The notes below the pieces were generated by a model. That model ran no database searches, was not told the origin of the DNA, and saw nothing but the letters and a program-made list of their open reading frames with translations. From NCBI GenBank assembly GCA_016748015.1, contig JAAOMT010000512.1, forward strand, positions 592,719 to 656,718: 64,000 bases of DNA, given 5' to 3'. A program made the translations under genes and the position numbers. This DNA comes from Geosiphon pyriformis uo1. Lineage: Eukaryota > Fungi > Glomeromycota. Below are positions 9,400-21,659 of this stretch, one piece after another (the first letter of the stretch is position 1; every line of letters begins with the position of its first letter).

Positions 9400-12110
9400 A
9401 TTCTGGCTGAGTATTAACTCTTGGGTTATCCAATCGAGCATGGCATTGGTTTTGAACAGCCAGTTATTACCAACTAAGGCTTGGTATTAGGTGGCATTCA
9501 TTACTAAAACTTTGATGGGTACTATGATGCCATTAATTTCTATAGGGAAATCATCTATCTCACCAATAGGTGTTTTGGTGGTGCCATCAGCAGTGATGAT
9601 TCTAGTGCTGGCAGCTCAATCAACTTGGCAACCTAATTGCTCCATAAGCTGTCTTGTGATTATGCTGCCAGCTGATCCACTATTTAGGATGAGTTTGATG
9701 AGGTGACTATCAACTCTGACATCTGTGTATATTGCTGTTATGGGTTTCTCTTTGAGGGCAGCTCCACTGAATAACGGTAGCGGTGTGTTTTCTTCAAGTT
9801 CGAAAGGAAAGATGGCTGCTAAGAATTTGTCACTAGAGATGATTGCCGATGGAATTGTGTTGGTAGGTACATGTTGATTGGATTCTGTGTTGTTGGATGT
9901 GGCGTCTTCTAAGGTAACCAGGAGACTTAAATAATGTTGGGAATTTGGGTTTTGAACGCGACTGGTATCCAAATTCCGGGTGCGTAATTCTGATGGTGGG
10001 TTTAGCAAACTGGGGATTGGTTGGTGAACAACCATCACCAATCTCCAGTTTTGAGTGACTCTGGATTGAGAGTTGCCTGATGGCATTTGAGCTGGGTTCT
10101 GGGTTGGTGTTTGAATTGGTTGGGGTTGATAAATGATTTGTGACTGTGGTTGATATATTACTTGTGGCTGTGGCTGATGAATTGGAGGTTGATATACTGG
10201 CAGTTGATAGATTGGTTGCTGTGTCATGAGCAGGTAATTATTTCAATATTGGTCTTGATTTTGATTTGGATAATGATTTGGAGTTTGGAATTGGCGATCG
10301 GGGTTTTGATATTGATTTCCTAATCATTGGTTATTTAGACGCTGGCGACAGTCAATTTGGATATGTTCTTGTTTACCACAATAGTGACAGGTATGCGTTT
10401 TCTGTTGTCACTGTTGATTGGTCAATAAAGATGGATGTGGTTGATTTTGGCCATGATTAGAATTTCCTTGATTATTGCATCGTTGTGGAGGCTGATAAAT
10501 GGCGTGATTGTCAGCTAAGTATCCTTTCAATCTCTTATTAATTGATTCGCTGAACTTCTCCAATTTGGAATCCAATTCAGATGATCCGTTCATTACTAGA
10601 TTAACAGCTTGGGCATGGTTAGCCTCTGACTCCATGGATTCAAAATCTCTGGTGCATGTGACTGCATCTTGAAGGGTGCTTGGATACAATGGACGTACAT
10701 GTTGCAAGATGCTGCTGTGCAGGCCACGGATAAACTGATTGAGTATCTGTGGTGCTGTGAAATAGTTGGCGTCAATTGCTTGAATTTGGCATAGGTTTCA
10801 ATAGAAGCGTCCCAGGTAAGTGGTAATGGCTTCAGTTTCTCCTTGTTTCATGGTAGTGAATGCATTGACCAGGCAATTGATGCTGTTATTGTTACTAAAG
10901 TATCTTAGGAATTCCGCTTTGAAGGCATTAAAATCTTGTGGTTTATTAATCAAGCTCTGGTACTATGAATCGGCGGTATCTTTGAGAAAGTAGGGAATGG
11001 CTTGCATTACTTGAACATCATTCTATTTGTTGGCTGCAATGGCTTTTTCTACATTATTCAGCCATATTTGAGTGTTATTCTCTTCACCTGTAAAGTTGTC
11101 AAGTTTTGCAATTGGTGCGTAGGCCATTGAATATAAGTTAGGTGGTTGTAGTGGCTGTTGAAGCAGTTGTTGTTGTCCTGGCTGTTGGAGTGGTAGCTGA
11201 AGTGGCTGCTGTATGGGTTCGGCTATGAGATTAATTGGTGGTTGATTGATGATGATTATCGGAGGTAAGTTTTGCTGATTAAGTAATTCAGATTTTTGAT
11301 TTCTTTGAGTTGGCAGTGTTCAAATATTCGGAGTTTCGATTTCCAGATTTTCTAACTGTTGCTGAGTTTGAAGGTTCAGGGTTTCAACTTCCGGGTTTTC
11401 AATGATCGGATGCTGGTAAGTGAATTCTTGATCCTCTGATTCTTCTTCCTCCTTTTCTGATTCCACTGCTTCCCATGGATCAGAAATTCCGAAATCTGGT
11501 GGAGGCAGTGGTAATTGAAATCCTGATGGGGTTGATGATTGCGAATTAAATCCCTCAAAGTATTCGCCGTATAATCCTAACAATTCTGTTTTCTTTTGTC
11601 TACTTTGGAATGGGAATCATCCAAATGCTGATGTCGCAGTTGATAGGAACGCGTCTGTTGATGATATGTTGATAGTGCTTCCAGGTGTATAGTGGTAGGA
11701 TGGGTTGCTTGGGGATTCAACTCTGTTTTTCTTCCAAACAGGTGGCTGTATTTTTCTGGGTATTACTGCTGGTGTTTGTAATTTTTCTTTGCTTTTACTA
11801 GTGTAGGTAATTGGATATCTTTGTTGAGTGTGGTGTTTAATTTCTTTGTTGATCTCAATGATGATAGATAGAAAATTATGGTTTGTTGGTAGGTTGGTGT
11901 TTTAAATTAATTCCTTATAGAAAGTTTCTCTTGCTGATTCAGTATTCACTGGTGTTCCTAATAAAGAGGAAATCTTCTTGTTGACATAGAAATTAAAGAC
12001 TGATTCGGCAGATATATGATTGTGGTTTAATCCTAAGTATTGACAATAGTGTTAAAATAAGGATTTTGCGAATCTTAAATGGTTTGCTTCTATAATTTCT
12101 GATTTTGCCA
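9400..12110 (-). pseudogene. gag and aspartic protease of element A (boundaries approximate)
   Basis: Capsid-like LDNFTGEE / NQFIRGL, CCHC knuckle CHYCGKQEHIQIDC (~10348-10389), protease LILNSGSAGS and ALVGNNW. Confidence 0.9.
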
Positions 12111-12154
12111 CTTTTGATTTGGTGTTGTCAGTGCTGGTTCTCTGTAGGATTATA

Positions 12155-12171
12155 CCTTATAGGGAGCACCA
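12155..12171 (-). other. Primer-binding site of element A
   Basis: Minus strand TGGTGCTCCCTATAAGG, 2 nt after the LTR; complementary to a tRNA-like 3' end ..GGGAGCACCA. Confidence 0.85.
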
Positions 12172-12173
12172 AA

Positions 12174-13051
12174 TGTTACAGGTGATTATTTTTGTTGTGG
12201 AATTGAATAACAAACCTGTAACTTGGTGCTCAGAGCTAATTGCAGTTGATAGTGATCTGAAGGTTTTGGTTGATCTGAAGGTTTTGTTGTGGAGTTCTTT
12301 GTATAATGGACAGAGATTCAGTGGTGATGGTAGTAGTTTTCTTGGAGTTGCAATTATGCCCAATTTTTTTCTCAGCTTGGCAGCCGGATTTATTCTGGCA
12401 GTCGTGCCCTTCTGGTAAGCTATCCGATAATATATAAAATCCTACTCTTATTTCTGGGTCTTTTACCAGGCTATCCTTGATGTCAATAACTCAGTGCTTA
12501 ATCTTTAATCAATTAGTATACAACAACAAAATCAAAGAAAGAAAGAAAATAAAATAAAAAAAATAAAAATAAAAAAAATAGAGAAAATAAGCCAAGGCAA
12601 TTTGGTCTGTGAGTATCTTATCAATAGCCATGATCAAGAACTATTGTTCTAGCGTGGTTAAGTAGCAATTACTATCAACATAAAGGGTTGATAGTAGGGA
12701 AGTGGATAGAAATATGAAATAATTATTTATTTGATGAATGTGTTTCTAGGCTAAAGATTCTGTGGTATCAATTCTGTCTTTTCTGTTTCTACCACTACTG
12801 CTATATATACATAATTGGGATTCCTTAATTCCTCAATTCTTCACAACAAGAATCCTGGAATTCCTGGAATTCTGCAATTTTTTTGAGAGGAATTCTGGAA
12901 TTCTGGAATCCTGCAATTTCTTGTTGGGAATCCTGAAATTCCTGAAATCCTGCAATTCCTGAGAGGAATCCTGGAATTCCATATTTACTATGCTTACTTC
13001 TGATTGGCTAATAATTATGCTAATATATTTCCTATATTTCTATGAGTAACA
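12174..13051 (-). repeat. 5' LTR of element A
   Basis: 878 bp, direct repeat of 2884-3761, next to the PBS. Confidence 0.95.
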
Positions 13052-14005
13052 TCATAATAATATTTTTTTTAAAAAGATTGAGTTTTGGTATAATTAAACT
13101 ATTTATGAAGTATTTTAATTAAAAAGTTTTGTTTAACTTAAAACTAATTAATTTGGTGGAATTTTTTGTCAATAAGATATACAAAATTTGAAGTAAAATA
13201 AGCTTTGTATTTAAGAAATTAATCTTTATATAAGAGTTTTGGCTCTTTTGACAATAATTAAAACTCTTAAAATATCTAATTATATAATATTTAAAATCTT
13301 TGTTTGTATTTTTAAAGATATTTTTTTAAAAGCTTTATATCTTTTATAATTTTACCAAAATAATTATAGAACTTTAATGGTTTTTTATATAACAAGTTTT
13401 TATTTAAAAACAAAATTTTTTTAATTATTTTTCCAAGTTAAAAAATAATAATATTGCTAAATTATATATTTAAACATATATTTATCTATTTTATTATTAG
13501 TTTTTTCTTTTTGGTTTAATAATAATATGTGTTTTATTGTTGTTAATAATAATGATCTGTTTTTTAATAGTTAAAATAATATTTAAATAATTTTTAATCT
13601 AATATTTATAAAGAGTATAAAAAGTATTTTGAATATTTTGATTTAGAAAATAATTGTTTATATTAATTAAAAATATTTTGTTTTGAGAATAATATATTTA
13701 TTTATAACTGATTTTTGTTAATTATTTAGGTTAGTGTTATTACAACAAGTAACTAATTAAATTATTTGTAATATTTATTGAGTTATGTACTATGTATAAA
13801 TTAATTATTAAAGATTGTTTTATATTAATCTTGTAAAATATAAAAACTATTATTTAAAACTTTGTTAATTATAAAAAATCTTTTTTATTAGCTAAAAAAT
13901 TTATTTTTATAAACATTATTTTTATCTAAATAATATTTTAAAACTAAGTTATTAATATTTAAAAAAAGTATTTTGTATGTTTTTTTTGAGTTTTTTTAAA
14001 ACTGT

Positions 14006-15000
14006 TATTATCCAAGAAGAAAAAACCAATTTAAGTTATAAAAAAACATGATCAAAATGTAATAATACAAAATAATATGAAAAAACACAAAATAATATAT
14101 AATTACTTAAAATAACACAATACAAAATATAATAATATAATATAGTATAAAATAACAAGAATAATTAATAATAACATAGAAAAATAAAATAATAACAGAA
14201 ATAACAAACAATAATTAGCAATAATAAAACAATTAAAAACAATCTTGTAGAACTAAGAAAAATATATATAAAAAATAGTTGTAGAAGATAAAAAGACAGA
14301 CAAATAGACAAAAATTATCTTCTTTCTACTTATATTTATTACATATTTCTTGTTATATCTTTTATCTTATATTACTAAAATAAAAAAAATACTAACAAAA
14401 CTTAAAATCTTTATCTATATAATTCTTATATTTTACATATTATAGCTAAATTAATCTTGTTTTTGGCCAGATGCTTTTAGCATAAAACAGTCTTGAATTA
14501 TTATGATTTGGGCTAATTGTTCTTAATTATGATAATTAACAATACTAATTTATCTTCTTTTATTTTATTTTATTTTTTTATTTTATTTTATTTTTTATTT
14601 TTTTTTGTTAAGTAACAATATAGAAAAATCAATTGTTTGAAAATAGACTTTGTAATAGCCTGGTAAAAAAGAAAAGCTCCCCTTAGAATTGTATATTAAT
14701 ATTATCTTGTTAACTTACCAAAAGAGCAAAAAAATACCACCAGACCTTAATAATTGCACTTGACTAGTTTGGAGAAAATAGTTTACATATAAGAAGTTGC
14801 AATACTATGAAACTATCTTTCTGTGTCTTATAATCAAAAAACTCTACAAGTAAATTTACATCAATCAAAAAAACCTTCAGATACTGATAATACTGATACA
14901 CTAAACAAGCTTGCCAAAAAAAACCATTAAAAGCTCTCTAAAAACTCAAATTTTGAGCACCAAATATTATTACTATATATTACCAAGTTTACTTATAATA
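14006..15000 (+). repeat. 5' LTR of element C
   Basis: Aligns with 51548-52524. Ends TATTATCC.. and ..CTTATAATA are transition-mutated TGTTACCC and CTCATAACA. Confidence 0.88.
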
Positions 15001-15160
15001 TTTAGTGTTCTTTGTAAAATTATAAAATTCACAAATACAGAGTACTTTAGAAATTCACAAAAGTGGTGACTATTAAAACAGTAAAAAAAGATTACTTACC
15101 ATATAAAAAAGCTTTATTTTGATACTTTAGGAAAGACTTAGAGATATTATTAAAAACTAT

Positions 15161-16090
15161 TATTACTCATAGAATATAGGAATTCTATATTAGTATATAA
15201 ATTAGCCAATCAAAATAAACATAGTAAAAAGTAGAATTCCAGGATTTTTCTTAGAGGAATTGTAAGATTTTAAAATTACAGAATCTCTGTATGAGAAATT
15301 ACAAAATTCCAGAATTCCAGAATTTCTCTCAAAAAATTACAGAATTCTAAAAATTTCAGGATTCTTGGCTAAAAAATTAAGAAATTTAAGGAATTTTATA
15401 CAAGGAAATTTATGTATATATAGTGGTAACATTAAAAACAAAAAAGACAGAATTCTTAGTTTAAAAATTCTAGTTCTAATTTTCATTTATCTTTTTATAT
15501 AATAATATTTTATGGCTTAAAGTAGAAACATCAAATACTTATTAAAAATATTACAATTTATCTTTCCACTATTAATAAACTCATGTTAATAGTTGCTAAT
15601 ACTTAACTATACTAAAATAATAGCTTTTAATTACAGCTATTGACAGAATACTAACTCTTTCTTGCTTTGACTTATCTTTTTATTTTCTTTTTATTATTTT
15701 TATTATTTTTATTATTTGTTTTATTATGAATTTACTAATTGATTAAAAAATTAATGCATGAAATACAAATGTCAAGATATAATATTGGTAAAAAACCAAG
15801 AATAAAAGTAGACATTTAAGATTAAAGATAGCTTACTAGAAGATACCAACTACCAAGCTGAGAAAAAAATTGATAGAATATAAATATTTTGAGAAGTAAT
15901 AGACAACAAAGTACACTAACTTAAAGATTGAAGAAACTAGAAACATTACACTAAGATACCAATATTAAATTTTTGTTTATTATACAAAAGACTCAATCAA
16001 AACCTTTAAATATTACCAGCCTATTAGCTATTAAGCACCAAGTTACAGGTTTGTTATTTGTTTTGATAACCCAAATAATTACCTATAATA
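15161..16090 (+). mobile_element. Solo LTR, A-related, inside gag of C
   Basis: Starts TATTACTCATAGAA, ends ACCTATAATA, no PBS or PPT. Flanks CTAT/TCAT (both derivable from CCAT). The gag sequence resumes afterwards. Confidence 0.82.
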
Positions 16091-19000
16091 TCATTATTGC
16101 AAAAAATAATTTTTGTCATTATTTGTATGCTAAAATCGACTGTTTATTAAACTAAGCAACAGACACAGAAAAACTCAAAGAACAAATTCATCAAAAATTA
16201 TTGACATATTTAACAAAAACTACTATCTAAGCCATAGCTAAGATTCTTTATATAATTGACATAGAAATCAAAAAATACATAGCATAATAGTATTTTTAAG
16301 TAAAAGAAAGACAAATAATGAAGCCTAATTTCATAGAATCCAAGTCCAAATCTGATAATACAACAGCTATACAAAAACAAGTCTGATTTACAATCAACAA
16401 GAAATCAAAGTTTTTTTTACCAATTACTCCTTCATATCATTAGACACCAAAAAATAGAATCCTATTTAACCAACTCATAGAAACATAAACAAAAATTCCA
16501 AAAACTCTCAGAATCTTATACTTCTGGAATCATAATAATAATTTTTGGATAAAATCTTAAGAAGAATATATATTGTTATTTAAGAATCTTATCTTAACAG
16601 TCAGCCAATCTGGCAGAAGCATGTTTTTTTGGGCACTACTATTAGCACAGCCATTAACAAAGTTAACAACTACTCCTACAGAAAAAACAACTATTTTGTT
16701 ATCTATTGGCCTTAACAACAAAGAAAAACAATTAATATTAACATTTAGAAAACAATACAATACACTATCATTAAATCTTTTGTCATCAACAAGTAAACTA
16801 CCTTCTATTACTTAGATAATAATTTATCAAAATATTACCAAACTAGAAAAATTTTCCAGTAAAGAAGACAATACATACACCTAAATAGTAAAAGCTAAGA
16901 AAGCAATTATTACCAACAATTAGAACAATATTAAAACTATTTAAGCACTGTTTTTCTTTTTAATAGAAACTGCAGACTCCAAGTATCAAAGTCTTGAGAA
17001 GAAACCAACTGACTTTACTGCTTTTAAACTTGTCTTTCTACAGTATTTTTGTGATTCTAATATATTTATTTGGCTACAAAATCAATTTAATGTAATAAAA
17101 CAAAAAGTTTACAAAATAGTAACCACTTATCTTGGATAGTTTAATCAGATTCTTCAACAGATATAGGCAATTGAAAGAGAATTTTATATTCCAAAACAAA
17201 TTCTTAATCAATTTATTAAAAGATTAAAGAGCAGTATTCTATGGTTTATAAGACCCCATTATCTAATTACATTATTAGACACCATTATTTTGGCTTATAA
17301 TTTTGAGTTAGCAAAACAAGAAGCCAATTATACTCAAGCTGTTAATTTGACCATAAATGAAATTTCGAATATTAATATCAAGTTTACTTAATTAAGTGAA
17401 AAATTAACTTAGAAAATTGAAGGATTCTTAACCAGAACTACAGGAACCTATTAGCCATCACAACATAAGAACAACAATAATTGATATTAGTGCCAACAGA
17501 ATTGACAACAATAACAACAACCTTGGATATCAGATTCTTATAACTATTACTACTGTTAGAAACCTGGACATATTGTTTAAAATTGTTGAAAAAAAATAGT
17601 AGACCAAAACCAAGAAAACCAATATCTATAACAACAAAGATATTTTCAAACCATAGAACCCCAATATTTTACATCCCAATATCAGCCACTATAGTACTCA
17701 CTTCAACTGCCCCAAAATTACTATTAGCCATTACAAGCAATGATACAGATGATGTCTCAGTATCAAGCTTTCATATATAGCTATTTTCAATCTCAAACAA
17801 TTGACTACAATCAAGAATAGTAAAGCACTAATAGAAATTAGATACAACCTATTAGTAAGTCATTCTGACTAATGAATCAAGACAACATACCATTTTAAAC
17901 AGCACAAACTGAATATTCCAACCAGGCTTCATATCTTAGACTTACTAAAAACCTGAATTTTGGTAATACTATATCTTTAGAAAGGAAAGATATAATTGGA
18001 ATCAGCAATTTTTCTATTCAAAACAGTAATTTGTTTATTAATACAATTTTACTTATCACAATTAGTAAAGATAATACTCTTATATTCATATTTTTATTTG
18101 ACATTAATAATCTGAACATGACTAATCTTTTTAGCAAAGCTGCCATTAATTAGAATAGACCAATCACAGTAATATACATGAATATTAGAGTAGAATAAAT
18201 AAACATTAAATTAATACTTGATAGTAGATTTGCAGGTAGTATTATTACAAAACAACTTATGGACCAACTAGGTCATTGAGTAGACTATACTATCACTGTC
18301 TAAATAATTACTATGAATAAAAATATCAAAAACTCAATAGAAAAAATTGATAATTTTTTTTTTAAAATTAACAGAATTCCAATTTTCATTAAGATACTCA
18401 TCATAAAAGCCATTCAATACCAAGCTTTTATAGAAAATGATTGGTTATCAAAAGCTTACACTACTTTTGATTAGAATACACAAGAACTTCAAATTACTTT
18501 TAATAAGCAACATGCTTGAGTACTCATAATATATGAATATTTCAGAACCCAAAACTCAGACCAACTACTAATTAAATTTAAAAAAATAGTGCCATTACTA
18601 ACACTAGAAACTTACCAAGTTTTGTGAACTGATAATTACAAAACAGAACTACTACTACCTCTTATTTAAAAAAAAAGTAAAGAAAGAGTTGACAAAAAAC
18701 CCCTCAAATTACTATCAATCTATCTAAGTTTGAATCAAAAAAAACAATTCTATTAACTCTTTAAATTAATTTGTGTTAATTGTGGAAAAAAGTTGTTTTC
18801 AATGGGCACTTGCATCAGAGACAACAAAATATGGCCAACAGCTACTAAGTATTACTGCTGACTTTGTATATTGAAATAATATAAATAACCTAAGTAACAA
18901 GACAAATAGAACAATACATCATGTTTTACCTGTAACAAAATTCTATCAGATGAAAAATTATGGAATAATGTTCCAAGCAGAAGAAAAACATATAACAAAT

Positions 19001-19609
19001 TATATTAATATATTATTCTAATAAATAATTGGACCAAAAAAGGCATTCTATTTACTATAGTATATAGTTAAGCAATAAACTGACTAAACACATACTCTCA
19101 TGATGAAAAAAAAAAGTTGGAAAATAGCCACAGCCAAATAGAAAAAAACCATCATTGAGAAAATACATACCATAAAAAATGCCCTAGTAATAATTAAAAA
19201 AATAAACAACATATTTACAAATGATCCCAAAGCATTCTAAAACCAGTACCAAAAACTGGCTCTAACCCAAAAAAAACAAAAACAGAAACTAGCAGACCTT
19301 AATATAAAACTGTATGATTATTGCTTGATTTCTTGTTATTTTTAGTACTGTGATAAGTATGATTTCTTATTTAATCCACCTCCAAAAACACTATACCCTA
19401 TTTTTAAACTACTAGAACCAGAGAAAAAAAATGAGTTTGATGCTGAAAGCATATTATTTCAAGAGCCAAGTAATGTTATTAAAATAGAAAAGTATCTTGT
19501 TTATTTTAACCTTTTTAAAAAATTAAAATTGAAATAGTATAGTAATAACAATAAAGAAATTTACTCTAAAAAAGCACACAAAAATGATACTGAATTTGAT
19601 TTAAAATAT
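16091..19609 (+). pseudogene. gag, protease, Cys-rich domain and dUTPase start of element C
   Basis: LEKFSSKED, NQFIKRL, decayed knuckle YYC*KPGHIV*NC, LILDSRFAGS, CVNCGKK, KAHKNDTEFDLKY. Confidence 0.85.
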
Positions 19610-19992
19610 TGTTATGAGTTGAAGTAACAAGCTAATGGATAGCAAAGGAGAACAGGATTGTAAGATGATGAAAGAAATCAAAAGGAATTCAACTTCAAAG
19701 AGCAAATTAAATAAGTATGGATTCAATATGCAAGATCAGTCTCATAAAATATCTCAGTCACTATATTTTTTAAAAGATAATTGGGGAATCTGAAGGTAGA
19801 GAAATAGTCCATACTATTAACAAATGATTACACACTGGTATAATTCTATGCCTCATGTCAGTGCTCTTAAAATTCAATATCAAGTATTAAGTGTACTCTT
19901 TAGTCACATTTTATTCAATAATCTTCAAATGCTACAATTATACAAGTCAGAAAAAGAGTAAAAAATATCTAACAAGTGATCTTTTATCCCAA

Positions 19993-20668
19993 TGTTATGG
20001 TTGAAACTCATAATTTTTATTAGTTACTGATGTCATATAATTAGCCACTCTATTTTTAGATAGTGATCATTGACTTGATCAATGATTTGACCATTGACTT
20101 GATTATTGATTTGATTATTGACCTAGTCATTAACCTGGTTATTAACCACTTTCAATAGCTATATAAGCGATGAGTCTCTTAGCTATAGAAAATCATCTCT
20201 CAGACAAGAATCAAATAAATAAAAATAACAACTTTCATTTCAATCACTCTCTTATTGCTAATTTCCCTTTCCCTACCTTTAAGTATCTGAACATTTTAGG
20301 ATAAAAAATTACTTGTTGGCCTTTTCCTGTTTGAATAATTGTAGTATTTGAAAATTATTTGTATAAATGTGACTGAAGAGCACAAGTTGATACCTAATAT
20401 TAAATTTTAAGAGCACTGACGTGAAGGCATAGAATTAATACCAGCAGTGATCAATTGTTGACAGTACAGACTATCCCTCTACTTTCAGACTTTCCAGTTA
20501 CCTTTAAAAAGAATAGTAACTGAGATATTTTATGAGACTAATCTCGCACATTGAATCCATACTCATTCAATTTGCTCTTTAAAGTTGAATTCTCCTTTGA
20601 TTATTTCCATCACCTTACAATCCTGTTCTCCCTTGCTATCTGTTAGCTTGTTACTCTAACCCGTAATA
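19993..20668 (+). mobile_element. Inverted solo LTR of family D inside the 3' LTR of D2
   Basis: Reverse complement of the D LTR, perfect CCAA TSD (19989-19992 / 20669-20672). The empty site TTATCCCAAGAT is present in the 5' LTR (~35440). Confidence 0.92.
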
Positions 20669-20902
20669 CCAAGATGTTCGGATACTTGAAAGTAAGGAAA
20701 GGAAAATTAGCAATAAGAAAAAGATTAAAATAAAAGTTGTTATTTTATTTATTTGATTTCCTTGATTTTTACATACTTTTCTACAGCTAAGAAATTCATT
20801 GCTTATATAGCTATCAAAAGTGGTCAATAATCAGGTCAATGATTACTTTCTAAAAATAGAGTGGTTAATTTATATGATATCAGTGGTTAATACATGTAAT
20901 AA

Positions 20903-21655
20903 TTAATAAGAAGTATAAGTTTCAATCATAATATTATCCTCTCCAAAAAAATTGAGCTCTGGCAAAATCAAGCTATTTATGGTATAATCTAGTTGAAGGT
21001 TTTTATCTAATTTAAAGCAAACTAATTTGTTAAAGTTTTTTGTGGATAAAGTATATAACACTTGAAGTGAAATAAGTTTTGTATCTAAGAGACTAAATCT
21101 TTGTATTAGAGTTTTGGCTCTTTTAACAATAGTTAAAACTCTTGGGACATCTAACCATATAATGTCCAAAATTTCTGCCTGTATCTTTGAAGTTGTTTTC
21201 TTCATGAGTTTCATATTCTCTATGATTTTACCAAGGTGACCATAGAGTTTTAATTGTCTTTCATATGACAAGTTTTTGTTTATGGGTAAGATTTCTTGAA
21301 GTGTTTTTTCAATTGTGTTAAAAAGTAGGAGTATAACTGCTGTTATACTTTCCAACAGATATTTATTCATTTTACTACCAATTTTTTCTTTTCTGGTAGT
21401 AGTTTTTTTTGGTCTAATAACAGTATATGTTTCACTGTTATTAGTTATGATGGTTTGTTTTTCAATGATCAGAGTAGCATTTAGATAGTTTTTGATCCAA
21501 TACTCATGAAGAGTATAAAAGGTGTTTTGAATGTTTTGATCCAAAAAATAATTGTTCATGTTAATTGAAGATACCTCTGTTTTGAGAATGATGCATTTAT
21601 TTATACTTGATTTTTGCTGATCATTTGAGTCGGTATTATCACAACAGGCAGCCAA
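20903..21655 (-). CDS. Extra ORF3 of element D2 (250-codon open frame), unknown function
   Basis: Uninterrupted ORF between IN and the 3' LTR that reads through the PPT and stops inside the LTR. A decayed copy lies at ~13060-13780. Confidence 0.6.
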   Translation of the reverse strand: MAACCDNTDSNDQQKSSINKCIILKTEVSSINMNNYFLDQNIQNTFYTLHEYWIKNYLNATLIIEKQTIITNNSETYTVIRPKKTTTRKEKIGSKMNKYLLESITAVILLLFNTIEKTLQEILPINKNLSYERQLKLYGHLGKIIENMKLMKKTTSKIQAEILDIIWLDVPRVLTIVKRAKTLIQRFSLLDTKLISLQVLYTLSTKNFNKLVCFKLDKNLQLDYTINSLILPELNFFGEDNIMIETYTSY

Positions 21656-21659
21656 TCAG

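Larger units (their letters stand above)
2884..13051 (-). mobile_element. Full-length Ty3/Gypsy LTR retrotransposon A (10,168 bp, dUTPase-bearing, decayed)
   Basis: Two 878-bp LTRs TGTTAC...GTAACA, PBS, PPT, order gag-PR-dUTPase-RT-RH-IN. Flanks TCAA/TCAT. Inserted ~8 bp from the end of the D1 LTR. Confidence 0.95.

Noticed and set aside
20903-21655. ORF3 as an env gene
   Set aside because: Too short, with no signal peptide, clear furin site or C-terminal TM anchor.
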